Of a DNA stretch of 64,000 nucleotides, positions 40,475 through 57,458 are shown piece after piece. Location of the stretch: contig OZ024748.1 of NCBI GenBank assembly GCA_964016885.1, positions 59,086,001-59,150,000 on the forward strand, read 5' to 3'. The position numbers and the translations under genes were made by a program. Numbering within the stretch: position 1 is the stretch's first letter; each line of letters starts with the position of its first letter. The notes below the pieces were generated by a model. The model did no database searches and had not been told where the DNA came from. It saw only the letters and a program-made list of their open reading frames with translations. This DNA comes from Eledone cirrhosa. Its lineage: Eukaryota.

Positions 40475-41432
40475 ATTTCTTTATTAGTCACGAGGGCACA
40501 AATACAAATGGGGAGTTTACATACAGGTATATGAAAATAAAACTATTAATAAAACAACAAATAACAATTGAAATCCCCAATAGGGGGGAGGCGTTACACA
40601 GGGGTTGTACACACCCCGAAAAAAATGTACAACCCTCATCTCCAGGAGCACCAAGAGTGAGTACTCCCTTTCTCTCTTCCTCTTTTTCCGCAACCTACAG
40701 GCTTATATAGAGAGAAGGCCCAACCGCACGGGCCATCTTTTCCACATTCACCCACCTTTTATAAAATTTGCTGGGGTGCAGTACCTCTCTCTCCATCCTG
40801 ATTCTTCGCCAAAATGATATTTGAAAAAACGAATCAATTGTTCGCCGGAGAGAAAGGTGTCTGACCTCAGCCCTTTTAACCTCGTCCATCATATAACCTT
40901 TTTCACCATAGCCATAACACATAGGAAAACCGCCTCTCCTTCGTTTTTGAAGGAGGGTGGCGGTTTGATCATGACAATGGACTCGGTGGTCAACTGGATT
41001 GGTCCCACCCGCGACAATAGTCGTTCTACATAGCCCCATAGGTCGGTAACGCCCGGGCAGTGTACAAATGCGTGCGTGACGGTTTCCTCGTCGCGCACGC
41101 ATCTCGGACAGATTTTTTCGAAGGGTCCCTACCCGCGCGCCCGTGTCTATAGAGCTTGTCTCGAACGGATAGAGCTCTTCGGTAGCACTGCCAGGCCAGG
41201 GACTTTTGGAAGTTGTCCATCGGTCCCGGGAGGAAGGTCCTACCGAACAGACTGGCCAGTTCGTCCTCCTCTGCGCCTAGAGTTTCTCCGAGCGCGTCGT
41301 CGCACTTGCTGCGAACCAACCCTCTATAGAATGACGAAGTGGAGTCTCCACTGATCGCCGGGTCCGTTTGCCAGAGGACTGTGAGCGCCTGACCACATTC
41401 GATGTGCCAGTCGCCCATTTTCCTCGGTCTTT
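40475..41432 (-). mobile_element. Tx1/L1-like LINE ORF2 C-terminus (zf-RVT-like cysteine motif) plus 3' UTR
   Basis: Frameshifted translation FQKSLAWQCYRRALSVRDKL..CPRCVRDEETVTHAFVHCP..LW. Confidence 0.8.
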
Positions 41433-41884
41433 GCTAGATAAATAGATAGATAGATAGATGCATCGATAGACAGATAGACAGATAAAAAGATAGATAGATA
41501 GATGCATGGATAGATAGATAGATAGTTAGATATAGATAAATAGATAGAAGGATAGATAGATAAAAAGATAGATAGATAGATAGATAGATGGAATGCTGGA
41601 TAGGTAGATAGATAGATGGACTGATATATATGTATATATACACATATATATATATATATATGTATATATACATGTACACATACATCTGTGTGGGGGTGTC
41701 TGTATGTGTGTGTGTGTGTTTGTGTGTTAATGTACGCATTGTGCATATAGCAAGCGTAAAAGAAATTCTATAAACAATTTCGAAAGAACGAAAATAATAA
41801 TAAAAATAATAATAAAAAGAAAAAATAAGAAAGAAAAAAAAACATTACATAAGAGGCACTTGTCGGAAAGTATATGTAGATGTT

Positions 41885-43742
41885 AGAACACACATATACA
41901 CATACACATGCATATATACTTGTACATAGACACATACACATACATATATACTTGTACATAGACACATACACATATACACATACACATGCATATATACTTG
42001 TACATAGACACATACATACACATACACATGCATATATACTTGTATATAGACACATACACATACATATATACTTGTACATAGACACATACACATATACACA
42101 TACACATGCATATATACTTGTACATAGACACATACACATACATATATACTTGTACATAGACACATACACATATACACATACACATGCATATATACTTGTA
42201 CATAGACACATACATACACATACACATGCATATATACTTGTATATAGACACATACACATACATATATACTTGTACATAGACACATACACATATACACATA
42301 CACATGCATATATACTTGTATATAGACACATACACATACATATATACTTGTACATAGACACATACACATATACACATACACATGCATATATACTTGTACA
42401 TAGACACATACACATACACATGCATATATACTTGTATATAGACACATACACATACATATATACTTGTACATAGACACATACACATATACACATACACATG
42501 CATATATACTTGTATATAGACACATACACATACATATATACTTGTACATAGACACATACACATATACACATACACATGCATATATACTTGTACATCGACA
42601 CATACATACACATACACATGCATATATACTTGTACATAGACACATACATACACATGCATATATACTTGTACATAGACACATACATACACATACACATGCA
42701 TATATACTTGTATATAGACACATACACATACACATACACATGCATATATACTTGTATATAGACACATACACATGCATATATACTTGTACATAGACACATA
42801 CATACACATACACATGCATATATACTTGTACATAGACACATACACATACACATACACATGCATATATATTGTACATAGACACATACATACACATACACAT
42901 GCATATATACTTGTATATAGACACATACATACACATACACATGCATATATACTTGTATATAGACACATACATACACATACACATGCATATATACTTGTAT
43001 ATAGACACATACATACACATACACATGCATATATACTTGTACATAGACACATACATACACATACACATGCATATATATTGTACATAGACACGTACATACA
43101 CATACACATACATATATACTTGTATATAGACACATACATATACACATACATATATACTTGTATATAGACACATACATACACATACATATATACTTGTACA
43201 TAGACACATACACATACACATACATATATACTTGTACATAGACACATACATATACACATACACATACATATATACTTGTATATAGACACGTACATACACA
43301 TACACATACATATATACTTGTACATAGACACATACACATGCACATACACATACATATATACTTGTATATAGACACATACACATACATATATACTTGTATA
43401 TAGACACATACACATGAACATACACATACATATATACTTGTATATAGACACATACACATGCACATACACATACATATATACTTGTATATAGACACATACA
43501 TACACATACACATACATATATACTTGTATATAGACACGTACATACACATACACATACATATATACTTGTATATAAACACATACACATACACATACATATA
43601 CACATACACATACATATATACTTGTACATAGACACACACATACACATACATATATACTTGTACATAGACACATACACATACATATATACTTGTACATAAA
43701 CACATACACATACACATACACGTACATATATACTTGTACATG
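41885..43742. repeat. Compound minisatellite: CATATATACTTGTAYATAGACA core plus variable CA/TA spacers
   Basis: Directly visible; source of the 600-aa CVY ORFs. Confidence 0.93.
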
Positions 43743-43744
43743 TA

Positions 43745-47200
<3,456 letters not shown>

Positions 47201-47264
47201 ATTTTATGTTATTTTATATGTTGGTGTAAAAAAAAAAAAAAAGACGTTTCTATTATTTTAACTC

Positions 47265-48224
47265 TCATCATCAATATTATCAGCAGCTGTCATCGTCATC
47301 AGCATCATTGTCATCATCGACATCGGCACCAACATCATTGCCATGATCATCATCATCATTATCATCACCGCCACCATCAGTGACAACAACACCATCATCA
47401 TCAGCAGCAGCAGACAACACAAAACAGACAGCCTCACCTTCCTCTGACATCGTTTACACCTTTGCATGGGCAGCAGCATTATCATCAATAGCAACAGCAG
47501 CGAGCTTTGTTGTGTCCAACAGCATCCTCATCTTCACCACCACCAGCAGCAGCAGCAGCAGCAGCAGCATGCAGTACATGATCATCATCATCATCATCAC
47601 CGTTGTTTATCAAAAACAAGATCACCATCATCATCATCTCACCATCATCATCATCACCATCATCTCACCATCGTCATCACAAGTCAATTGTCTAATACTT
47701 TTTTTTTTCTTATTTTTCTGTTCCTTCTTGTTGTCGTTGTCGTCGTTGTTGTTGTTGTCGTTGTCGTTGTTGTCGTCGTCGTTGTTGTTGTTGTTGTTGT
47801 TGTTGTTGTCGTTGTCGTTGTCGTTGTTGTCGTTGTTGTTGTTGTTGTCGTTGTCGTTGTTGTCGTTGTTGTTGTTGTTGTCGTCGTCGTCGTCGTCGTT
47901 GTTGTTGTCGTTGTTGTTGTCGTTGTCGTTGTCGTTGTTGTCGTCGTCGTTGTCGTCGTCGTCGTTGTTGTTGTTGTTGTCGTTGTCGTTGTTGTCGTCG
48001 TCGTTGTTGTTGTTGTTGTTGTTGTTGTTGTCGTTGTTGTTGTTGTTGTCGTCGTCGTTGTCGTTGTTGTCGTCGTCGTTGTCGTCGTTGTTGTTGTTGT
48101 TGTCGTTGTCGTTGTTGTCGTCGTCGTTGTTGTTGTCGTTGTTGTTGTCGTTGTCGTTGTCGTTGTTGTTGTTGTCGTCGTCGTCGTCGTCGTTGTTGTT
48201 GTCGTTGTTGTTGTCGTTGTCGTT

Positions 48225-48259
<35 letters not shown>

Positions 48260-48442
48260 TGTTGTTGTTGTTGTTCTTGTCGTCGTCGTTGTTGTTGTTC
48301 TTGTCGTTGTTGTTGTTGTTGTTGTTGTTGTTGTCGTCGTCGTCGTCGTCGTCGTTGTTGTTGTTCTTGTCGTCGTTGTTGTTGTTGTTGTTGTTGTTGT
48401 TCTTGTCGTCGTTGTTGATGTTGTTGTTCTTCTTCTTCTTCT
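47265..48442. repeat. (CAT/CAG)n then (GTT/GTC)n trinucleotide arrays
   Basis: Directly visible. Confidence 0.95.
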
Positions 48443-48461
48443 AAATATTATTGTTATTGTT

Positions 48462-51400
48462 GTGGTATGGCAGTATCGGTAGAACGTCAGACACCATGCT
48501 TTGCAACATAGAGTTATGGCCCTTTATATTCTGAGTTAAAATTCCACCGATGATAACTACTTTGCCCTTCATCCTTACAGGGTCGATAAAATAAAGTACC
48601 AGTAACACACTGGAGTCGATTTAATCGACTTTACTCCCCTCCACCCCCACCCCCACACACACACCTAAACATTGCTGGCCAAGTAGAAACAATTATTATT
48701 ATTATGTTCTCTACATTTAACCTGCGTCATCAGGTGTGCTTCCTTGTTTCAATGTCCCCTGCGTGACCAATTAAACTGTATATATTACCTTTACTATTAG
48801 TTTCAATGGTGATTTGACAGAATCGTTGGAGTATCGGTTAAATGTTTTGCTGTATATGTTGCGGTCCTTTACCGTCTCAGTTCAAACCCTATTCAGGGCT
48901 ATTTTATCTTTCTTCCTTCTGAGGTCGATAGAAATGAGGTACCAGCTGTGTACTAGGGTCCATTTAATCGACCTTGCCCCCTATCTCCGAAATTTGCTAA
49001 CCCTGCGTCAATGTTAGAAAGAATTAGCTACCGATGGCAACTACTTTTTCCGTCTTTAAGTGTTTCTAATTTATTGTATATGCCATTTCATAGCATCTTC
49101 ACTCATGAGCACACCATTCTTTATATTAACTTTCTCTCCTCAACGCTTCGTAACGTCCGAGAGGTCAGCTTCGTATACACGATGATTATTATTACTATTA
49201 GTTTCAGTTTTAGATTGGTAGAATCGTAAACAGTTTCAGACAAATGCTTTGCTCTATTTGTTGTGGTTCTCTATATTCTGTGTTCAAATCCCATCTTGAT
49301 CAGCTTTGCCTTTCCTCAATACCAGTCATGTAGTTGGGTTTAATTAATTTAAACGACATTCCCCACCCCCACCCCCACCCTCAATTGTTGTTATTGTACT
49401 TAAATTAGAAACCATTATTATTATTATTAGTTTGATGGTGGATTGGCAGTATGAGTGGAGTGTCTAACATCATGCTTCGCGTCATAAAGTTACGGTCCTT
49501 TACGTTCTCAGTTCAAATCCCGCCTTTCATTCTTACGGGATCGATAAAATAAAGTAGCATAATGCACTGGGTTTGATTTAATCGATTTTCTCCTCCTCCA
49601 AAATTGTTAGCCCTGTGCCTAAATCAGAAATTATTATTAGTTGTATGGTAGAATCAATAAAGTGTTGAACAACATTACCTTACAGTATTTTGAGTTCAAA
49701 TCCATCCGAGTACCAGTCAAATACTGAGGTTAATCATATCAACTCAATCTTCCTCTAGAAATATGTGGAGTTATGACAAACAGCTGTTGTTACCTGGAAC
49801 ATCGAGCTGCCAATTACCTGTATCTATCATAAAAATCACCTTGCCCTTTCTCTTTTGACCACAGAAGGAGGTTTCTCTCGGTCTGGTGGATATTGTGAAA
49901 TACATTGTTTGGTGGAAAAAAGGTTGAATGGACCAAGTGGGCAGAGGACCGACATTTTCTTATTCGGTCAAGCTCCCGTCAGCTATCTCATATTTCGATT
50001 CGACTTGGAAGGGTAGGAAACGGGTGAAGTTATAACCTCCAGTTGTGTCTGGCAGGTGGGTGAAAGAAACGAGAATGTCTCAGGGGAATTTTGTACATCT
50101 TTATGCTGGAGTGCATAGCTAAGAGAGAGAGAGAGTGCGAGCACTATCTCTTGTTAGTCTGGGTAATACTGTGATTGTGGGCCTCGTTGTGTAGTTCTTG
50201 ATGGCTGCCCTTACTCCTATTAGTAAGTATAATTTTATTACTTTTCTACCCATTTGTTTTCCAATCCTGTTTTTCTCCATACTTGATTCTGTTAAGGTCC
50301 TGGGTTCAATCCTACTGCGAGGCATCTTGAGAAGGGATCTTTTAACCATAGCTTCGAATCAGCTGATTCCTTGTAGGTGCGAATAAGTAGACGGAAATTG
50401 TGTGAAAGCGTGTCTGATTGACTGCTCCTGTAATTCAAAGAGCCAGACGTGTTACACACTGTATCATACAGAAGCTCCCTGAGTGTTATATTATGGGTAC
50501 ACGCAGCTATGGAATACTCGGTCACTTGCACATTAATTTCATTAAATTTTAAGGAAACCTCCACAGTTTTTTTTTTTAATTATGTGTGTAATGTAATCTG
50601 CCCCATTCGTACACCTGTAGCGATTATTAAGAGATGTTTATTTGCACAGAATCCCAAGAACGAGTTAAGGGTCTTTACGTTCGCGGGTCAAATTAAGCCG
50701 TGGTTGTGTTTTCCGTTTATCATTCTGGAATCGATAAAATAAAGGACCCGACCGGAGCGATTTCATTGACCGTCCTTTTCCCAAAAACGTTTGATTTTCT
50801 ACCTAAGCTGGAAACAGTTGTTGGTCGATTTACAAAATCGTTAGAGCGCCAGAAAAAATGCTTGTGTTCAAATTCAACCACGGCCACTTTACCTTTTACC
50901 CTTCTAGGGTCGATAAAATAAAGTAACAGTCAAGTACTGGGGTCGTTCTAATCGACACTCGTTTCCCATTAAGAGTAAATTAGAAATCATTAAAAGTGCG
51001 ATTGATTGATTGTGTCGGTGGAGCGTCGGACAAAACTATTTACAACTTTTTCCGTTCTGATTTGAAATTCGGCCAAGATCGATAAAATAAAGTAACAGTA
51101 AAGTACTGAGATCGATATAATCGACCCCTCCACCTTGAGCCTGTGTTAGAAATGATTGTTAATATTATATATATATTCATTAGTTAATTAAGACACTAAT
51201 TAAATAGACAATTGATTATTAAGGGCACTACATAGCAGATCGATACAGAATCAATACAGAATCGATTCATGTAATGCCTCATGATACTTAGATATCGTGA
51301 TTTGTTATGTTCAGATTTCAAATTTCCCGCCAGTATTAACTTCGTGTTTTGTTTTTGTCGGCAATAGCAGCAGTCAAATGATATAATAACAGTTAAATAC

Positions 51401-51875
51401 TAAGTTCGATTTTAATCTACGACACCCAGGGTCAAACTCATCCTATAATTTGTCCAGTTGTGCCTTTATCAGACAAAATATATGTTACTGGGTTTCGCCG
51501 GGGTGGGGGTTGCTTTGTTTTTCTTTTCATTAATAAAAATCTTTATATATCCTAATTAGAATTCGCTAGAAGTCGTTGCCTGGCAGTTTTGTAAGACAAG
51601 GAGGCGTTGTTGTTCATGGTTGACTTAAATGAATGCCCGTGTGAGAGTTCCTCGCCTTCCTTACCTCTATTAAACGCTTGAGTCAAACAAAGGAAATCTT
51701 TATAAATATCCTTACTGAGTTCAAATCCCGCTAGTGTAAAATTTGCCTTTCGTCCTTTCCCGAGGGGTGGGAGTTAAAATAAAGTAGCAGTCTTGTAGTG
51801 GATTCGATTTAATCGTCTAACCCCCACCCCTACCCCCACTAAATATTTCTGACCTTTAGACTTTGGTAGAAACAA
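48462..51875 (+). mobile_element. Cluster of about 9-10 co-oriented, variably decayed SINEs
   Basis: GTTCAAAT..GTCGATAAAATAAAGTA..GATTTAATCG motifs near 48462, 48810, 49215, 49440, 49690, 50670, 50835, 51010, 51310 and 51715. A SINE of another family lies at 50290-50540. Confidence 0.7.
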
Positions 51876-52237
51876 CTGTTGTTGTTGTTTTTGTTCGGAA
51901 CAGGTGCATGAAACACAGCTCTAGGAAATTTTGAATTTTAACATTTTTTACATACTGAAAAGTGATTTTTCTCCTTCTCTCTCTCTCTTTTTCTCTCACT
52001 CGCTTCTTTCTTTTTTTTTTCTCTCGCTCGCTCGTTCTTTTTCTCTCTCACTTTTTCTCTCGCTCGCTCCTTCTCTCTCTCTCTCTATTTTCTCTCGGTC
52101 GCTCCTTTTCTCTCCCTCTTTTTCTTTCGCTCTCGTTCTTTCTCTCTTTCGTTCTCGTTCTTTCTCTCTTTCGTTCTTTTTCTCTCTCTCTTCGTTCTTT
52201 GTCTCTTTCTTTTTCTCTCACTCACTCATTCTCTCTT

Positions 52238-52307
<70 letters not shown>

Positions 52308-52778
52308 ACTTGCTCCCCAATTTATATACAACAACAACAACAACAACAAACAGATGAAAAAAATATAAACAGAAAAATAATTATTTCAGAAATGCACATT
52401 CACAAACGCGTCTCCGAACAATTTAAATACCATGTCACACCCCTTCTCAAACACAGATGCTCGCATTTTAGACACACAGGTGGGCATTCCTAAAATGTTA
52501 ACCACAAAGGTAACAACAACGGCAGTGTATGTTTGGCTTGGCTAGTTGCTATACATGAGAGAGAAAGATCGAATTAAAGGATTTTTTCCCCAGCATAGTT
52601 GGGAAAGCGGGTAACGGACAACTGTGAGGGTAGAGGAGCTAGTAACAATACCAATAGGTCCCATAAACTTTGGTTTCCAGATTACCACTGGTCGTGGACA
52701 TTTTCACTACGGCCCTAGTTCCAGGAGCCAGGGACCAAATAAATCAGGCATAGGTAACATTTTTCGAGTAGTGGGCCG

Positions 52779-53947
52779 CATAGAATGTGGTTAATCATAA
52801 GACAGGTCATATAGAATGTGGTTAATCATAAGACAGGTCGTATAGGATGTGGTTAATCATAAGACGGGTCATATAGAATGTGGTTAATCATAAGACAGGT
52901 CGTATAGGATGTGGTTAATCATAAGACGGGTCATATAGGATGTGGTTAATCATAAGACGGGTCATATAGGATGTGGTTAATCATAAGGCGGGTCATATAG
53001 GATGTGGTTAATCATAAGACGGGGCGTATATGATGTGGTTAATCATAAGACAGGTCGTATAGGATGTGGTTAATCATAAGACGGGTCATATAGGATGTGG
53101 TTAATCATAAGACGGGTCGTATAGGATGTGGTTAATCATAAGACGGGTCATATAGGATGTGGTTAATCATAAGACGGGTCGTATAGGATGTGGTTAATCA
53201 TAAGACAGGTCGTATAGGATGTGACTAATCATAAGACGGGTCGTATAGGATGTGACTAATCATAAGACGGGTCGTATAGGATGTGACTAATCATAAGACG
53301 GGTCGTATAGGATGTGGTTAATCATAAGACGGGTCGTATAGGATGTGGTTAATCATAAGACGGGTCGTATAGGATGTGGTTAATCATAAGACAGGTCGTA
53401 TAGGATGTGACTAATCATAAGACGGGTCGTATAGGATGTGACTAATCATAAGACGGGTCGTATAGGATGTGGCTAATCATAAGACGGGTCGTATAGGATG
53501 TGGTTAATCATAAGACGGGTCGTATAGGATGTGGTTAATCATAAGACGGGTCGTATAGGATGTGGTTAATCATAAGACGGGTCGTATAGGATGTGGTTAA
53601 TCATAAGACGGGTCGTATAGGATGTGGTTAATCATAAGACGGGTCGTATAGGATGTGGCTAATCATAAAACGGGTCGTATAGGATGTGGCTAATCATAAG
53701 ACGGATATTATAGGATGTGGTTAATCATAAGACAGATCTTATAGGATGTGGTTAATCATAAGACAGGTCGTATAGGATGTGGTTAATCATAAGACGGGTC
53801 GTATAGGATGTGGCTAATCATAAGACGGGTCGTATAGGATGTGGTTAATCATAAGACGGGTCGTATAGGATGTGGTTAATCATAAGACGGGTCGTATAGG
53901 ATGTGGTTAATCATAAGACGGGTCGTATAGGATGAGGCGCATCATAA
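52779..53947. repeat. 31-bp minisatellite (about 37 copies)
   Basis: Unit GTCGTATAGGATGTGGTTAATCATAAGACGG. Confidence 0.95.
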
Positions 53948-54733
53948 AGTGGGTCACACACCCCAAAACGGAGCCCTGTCAAATTGAAGGGGTTAAGACA
54001 AAATAAAAAAAACGTATTGAATTGGCTGCAAAAGCAGCTGGATTAAGTGAATGGTAAAATACTAGGGACAATATAGAGGAGGAATGTCATTAAAGAGGTG
54101 GTCATGGCTGGAACAACTTAAACATATATGATGGTGGTTGTGGTGGTGAGGGGGCTTGCGATGATGAGGGTGGTGGGAATGATGATGAGGATGATCGTGG
54201 GGATTAGTATACTGATGATGATGATGAAGGTGGTGGTAAAGATGATAAAGATGGCGATGGTGGTGGTGAGGAAGATGATGATGATGATGATGATGATACT
54301 GATGATGATGATAATGATGGTGGGTCGGTCCTACGTCGGTATCACTGATGAGCATTGAGTTGTTCGATCAACCGAAACGTCTGACACATGAATTAACTAC
54401 AAATAGATGGTTGAGTATTCCGCAAGTTAGGTGAAACACTGACATAAATAATTCTCAAACAGAATCACGTGACATCGTGAGACAACAACAACAACAACAA
54501 CAACAGCGATTCTTTGCTTAAACTTTAATCTGTTATTTTAATAAATAAATAAATATATATATATATATAAATGGAAAAAATGCGTACATATATATATGTG
54601 TGCATATATGTATGTATATACATACTACTGTACGTCTGTATACATATGTGTATGTACGTATACATACTTATATATATATACTTATATATATATATATACA
54701 CACACAGAGGCTCAGGCAAATATACATGCACAC

Positions 54734-54904
54734 ACAGAGACACACATTCACACCCACACGCAGACATACACACACACACACACACACACATAGGCTCAGG
54801 CAAATATACATGCACCAGCGGACATTGACACAAATAATACGAGACCTCTCTCTCTCTTTTTTCTCATTCTCTTTATATGTATGCATAAATGAAAACATGT
54901 ACAC

Positions 54905-54946
<42 letters not shown>

Positions 54947-55117
54947 GTGTACATGTTTTCATTTATGCATACATATAAAGAGAATGAGAAAAAAGAGAGA
55001 GAGAGGTCTCGTATTATTTGTGTCAATGTCCGCTGGTGCATGTATATTTGCCTGAGCCTATGTGTGTGTGTGTGTGTGTGTGTATGTCTGCGTGTGGGTG
55101 TGAATGTGTGTCTCTGT
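54734..55117. repeat. 384-bp essentially perfect palindrome centred on an (AT)n tract
   Basis: Position x pairs with 109851-x; the ORF track shows the same peptides on both strands. Confidence 0.9.
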
Positions 55118-55559
55118 ATGTGTGTTTATGTATGGTGTCTGCGTGTGTGTGTGTGTGTGTGTATACTGTCTGTGTATGGTGTCTCTGTATGCGTGTGTAT
55201 GTATGGTGTCTCTGTATGTGTGTTTATGTACCCTGCATGTGTATGTATGTGTGTCTATGTATGGTGTATGTGTATATGTGTGTATGTATGATGTATGTAT
55301 GTATGTCTATGTATGCTGTCTGTGTATGTGTGTATGTATATATGGTGTATGTGTGTATGTGTATGTATGGTGTATGTGTATGTGTATGTGCATGTATGGT
55401 GTATGTGTATGCTAGGTGATTAAGTGTATGAAATATCGTAATGGTAGTTGGTTGGTTATGAGTTCAAACCACTGTTTCGTCTGCATTGAATCATTCTATT
55501 GTATTAAGGAATAACAGCTGCTAGTTATTCGTTTATTCTAGGAATGCAATATAACCCCC

Positions 55560-55615
<56 letters not shown>

Positions 55616-55697
55616 CAACATATATATTAGGTATTTATATTTATATGTATATATGTATATATATTAGATATGCATACACACACATACACATACACCC

Positions 55698-55766
<69 letters not shown>

Positions 55767-55802
55767 TATATATATAATGTATATATATACATATTAGATA
55801 TG

Positions 55803-55884
<82 letters not shown>

Positions 55885-55928
55885 CTCACATACACACGCA
55901 GACAATCGTACATATATATATATATATC

Positions 55929-56062
55929 CAGAATTAGCCGTCGAAACGGCTTGAGCTCAGCCGTCGGGGTCTTACTCGTTCCTATTACCCACTCTACTAC
56001 GCTAAGTATTGAGTACTTTGGTGCGTTATGGTCCACCTGGTTCCTTACCACATTTCCTTCGC

Positions 56063-56063
<1 letters not shown>
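55929..56063 (+). mobile_element. Family Y remnant (copy 3)
   Basis: GTCGAAACGGC..GAGCTCAGCCGTCGGGGTC..CCTATTACCCACTCTACTAC..TATTGAGTACT..; flanked by (TA)n. Confidence 0.6.
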
Positions 56064-56101
<38 letters not shown>

Positions 56102-56139
56102 AGGAGAGGGGGTATATGTGTGTTTCTGTGGGGGGAGGG

Positions 56140-57115
56140 GATTCAGATATAGTTGCGTTGTGCGGGCCATGTTGTCAGAATGGATGAGAACAGCACTGCC
56201 GAAAGCCGTCCTGTAGCGAGAACCTCTGTGTGGAGCAACAGCACTGCCGAAAGCCGTCCTGTAGCGAGAACCTCTGTGTGGAGCAACAGCACTGCCGAAA
56301 GCCGTCCTCTAGCGAGAACCTCTGTGTGGAGCAACAGCACTGCCGAAAGCCGTCCTGTAGCGAGAACCTCTGTGTGGAGCAACAACACTGCCGAAAGCCG
56401 TCCTCTAGCGAGAACCTCTGTGTGGAGCAACAACACTGCCGAAAGCCGTCCTCTAGCGAGAACCTCTGTGTGGAGCAACAACACTGCCGAAAGCCGTCCT
56501 CTAGCGAGAACCTCTGTGTGGAGCAACAACACTGCCGAAAGCCGTCCTCTAGCGAGAACCTCTGTGTGGAGCAACAGCACTGCCGAAAGCCGTCCTGTAG
56601 CGAGAACCTCTGTGTGGAGCAACAGCACTGCCGAAAGCCGTCCTCTAGCGAGAACCTCTGTGTGGAGCAACAGCACTGCCGAAAGCCGTCCTCTAGCGAG
56701 AACCTCTGTGTGGAGCAACAGCACTGCCGAAAGCCGTCCTCTAGCGAGAACCTCTGTGTGGAGCAACAGCACTGCCGAAAGCCGTCCTCTAGCGAGAACC
56801 TCTGTGTGGAGCAACAGCACTGCCGAAAGCCGTCCTCTAGCGAGAACCTCTGTGTGGAGCAACAGCACTGCCGAAAGCCGTCCTCTAGCGAGAACCTCTG
56901 TGTGGAGCAACAGCACTGCCGAAAGCCGTCCTGTAGCGAGAACCTCTGTGTGGAGCAACAGCACTGCCGAAAGCCGTCCTCTAGCGAGAACCTCAGTGTG
57001 GAGCAACAGCACAAAACTGACAGAAAATGTGATTTGCGGACTATTTTCAATAAAACCTGAAGCACAGAAAAAATCCAGGTGTAAAGATGCTACAAAAAAC
57101 CGACTAAACAGGTGC
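56140..57115 (+). mobile_element. RTE-clade LINE C-terminal remnant containing a 48-bp VNTR (56189-57011, about 17 copies)
   Basis: LRCAGHVVRMDEN before the array and QKKSRCKDATKNRLNRC after it resemble RTE LRWAGHV.RM...RYKD..K..L. Confidence 0.6.
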
Positions 57116-57458
57116 TGTCTTACCTCGCATCATCTACCTGAGCTGTCTAAGCTTCACCTTGACCAGGTCACTGTAAGTAGAGACAGGTACTATTTTACTA
57201 CTCAGCATCTATCTGAGCTGTCTGTTTTTCTCTGGCCAGGTCACTCTGGACAGAAGCAGGTGCCCTCTGACCAGTCAACATCTACCTGAGCTGTCTAAGC
57301 TTCACCTTGACCAGGTCACTGTAAGCTAAGACAGGTGCTTTTTTTACTACTCCGCCTCTCCCCGAGTTATTTGTTTGTGTCTGACCAGGTGACTGTAAAT
57401 AGAAACGGGTGCTCTCTCACCAGTCCGCATCTCCCTGAGCTGTCTAAGTTCACCCTAG
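57108..57458. repeat. ~74-bp repeat with alternating A/B units
   Basis: CATCT(A/C)(C/T)CTGAGCTGTCT..CCAGGTCACT units near 57131, 57206, 57279, 57355 and 57428. Confidence 0.75.

Noticed and set aside
52779-53947. 31-bp and 32-bp arrays as possible CRISPR arrays
   Set aside because: Units are contiguous with no unique spacers, there are no cas genes, and the context is eukaryotic.
54342-54384. uca CUGAUGA ... GAAAC GUC uga hammerhead-like match
   Set aside because: It lies in a decayed SINE tail homologous to about 12520-12600, where the motif is absent. Stem II is irregular, so this is probably a chance match, though it is cheap to test.
56153-57289. 378-aa ORF as a repeat protein gene
   Set aside because: It is open only because the 48-bp unit lacks stops in that frame, and its flanks are a decayed RTE LINE.
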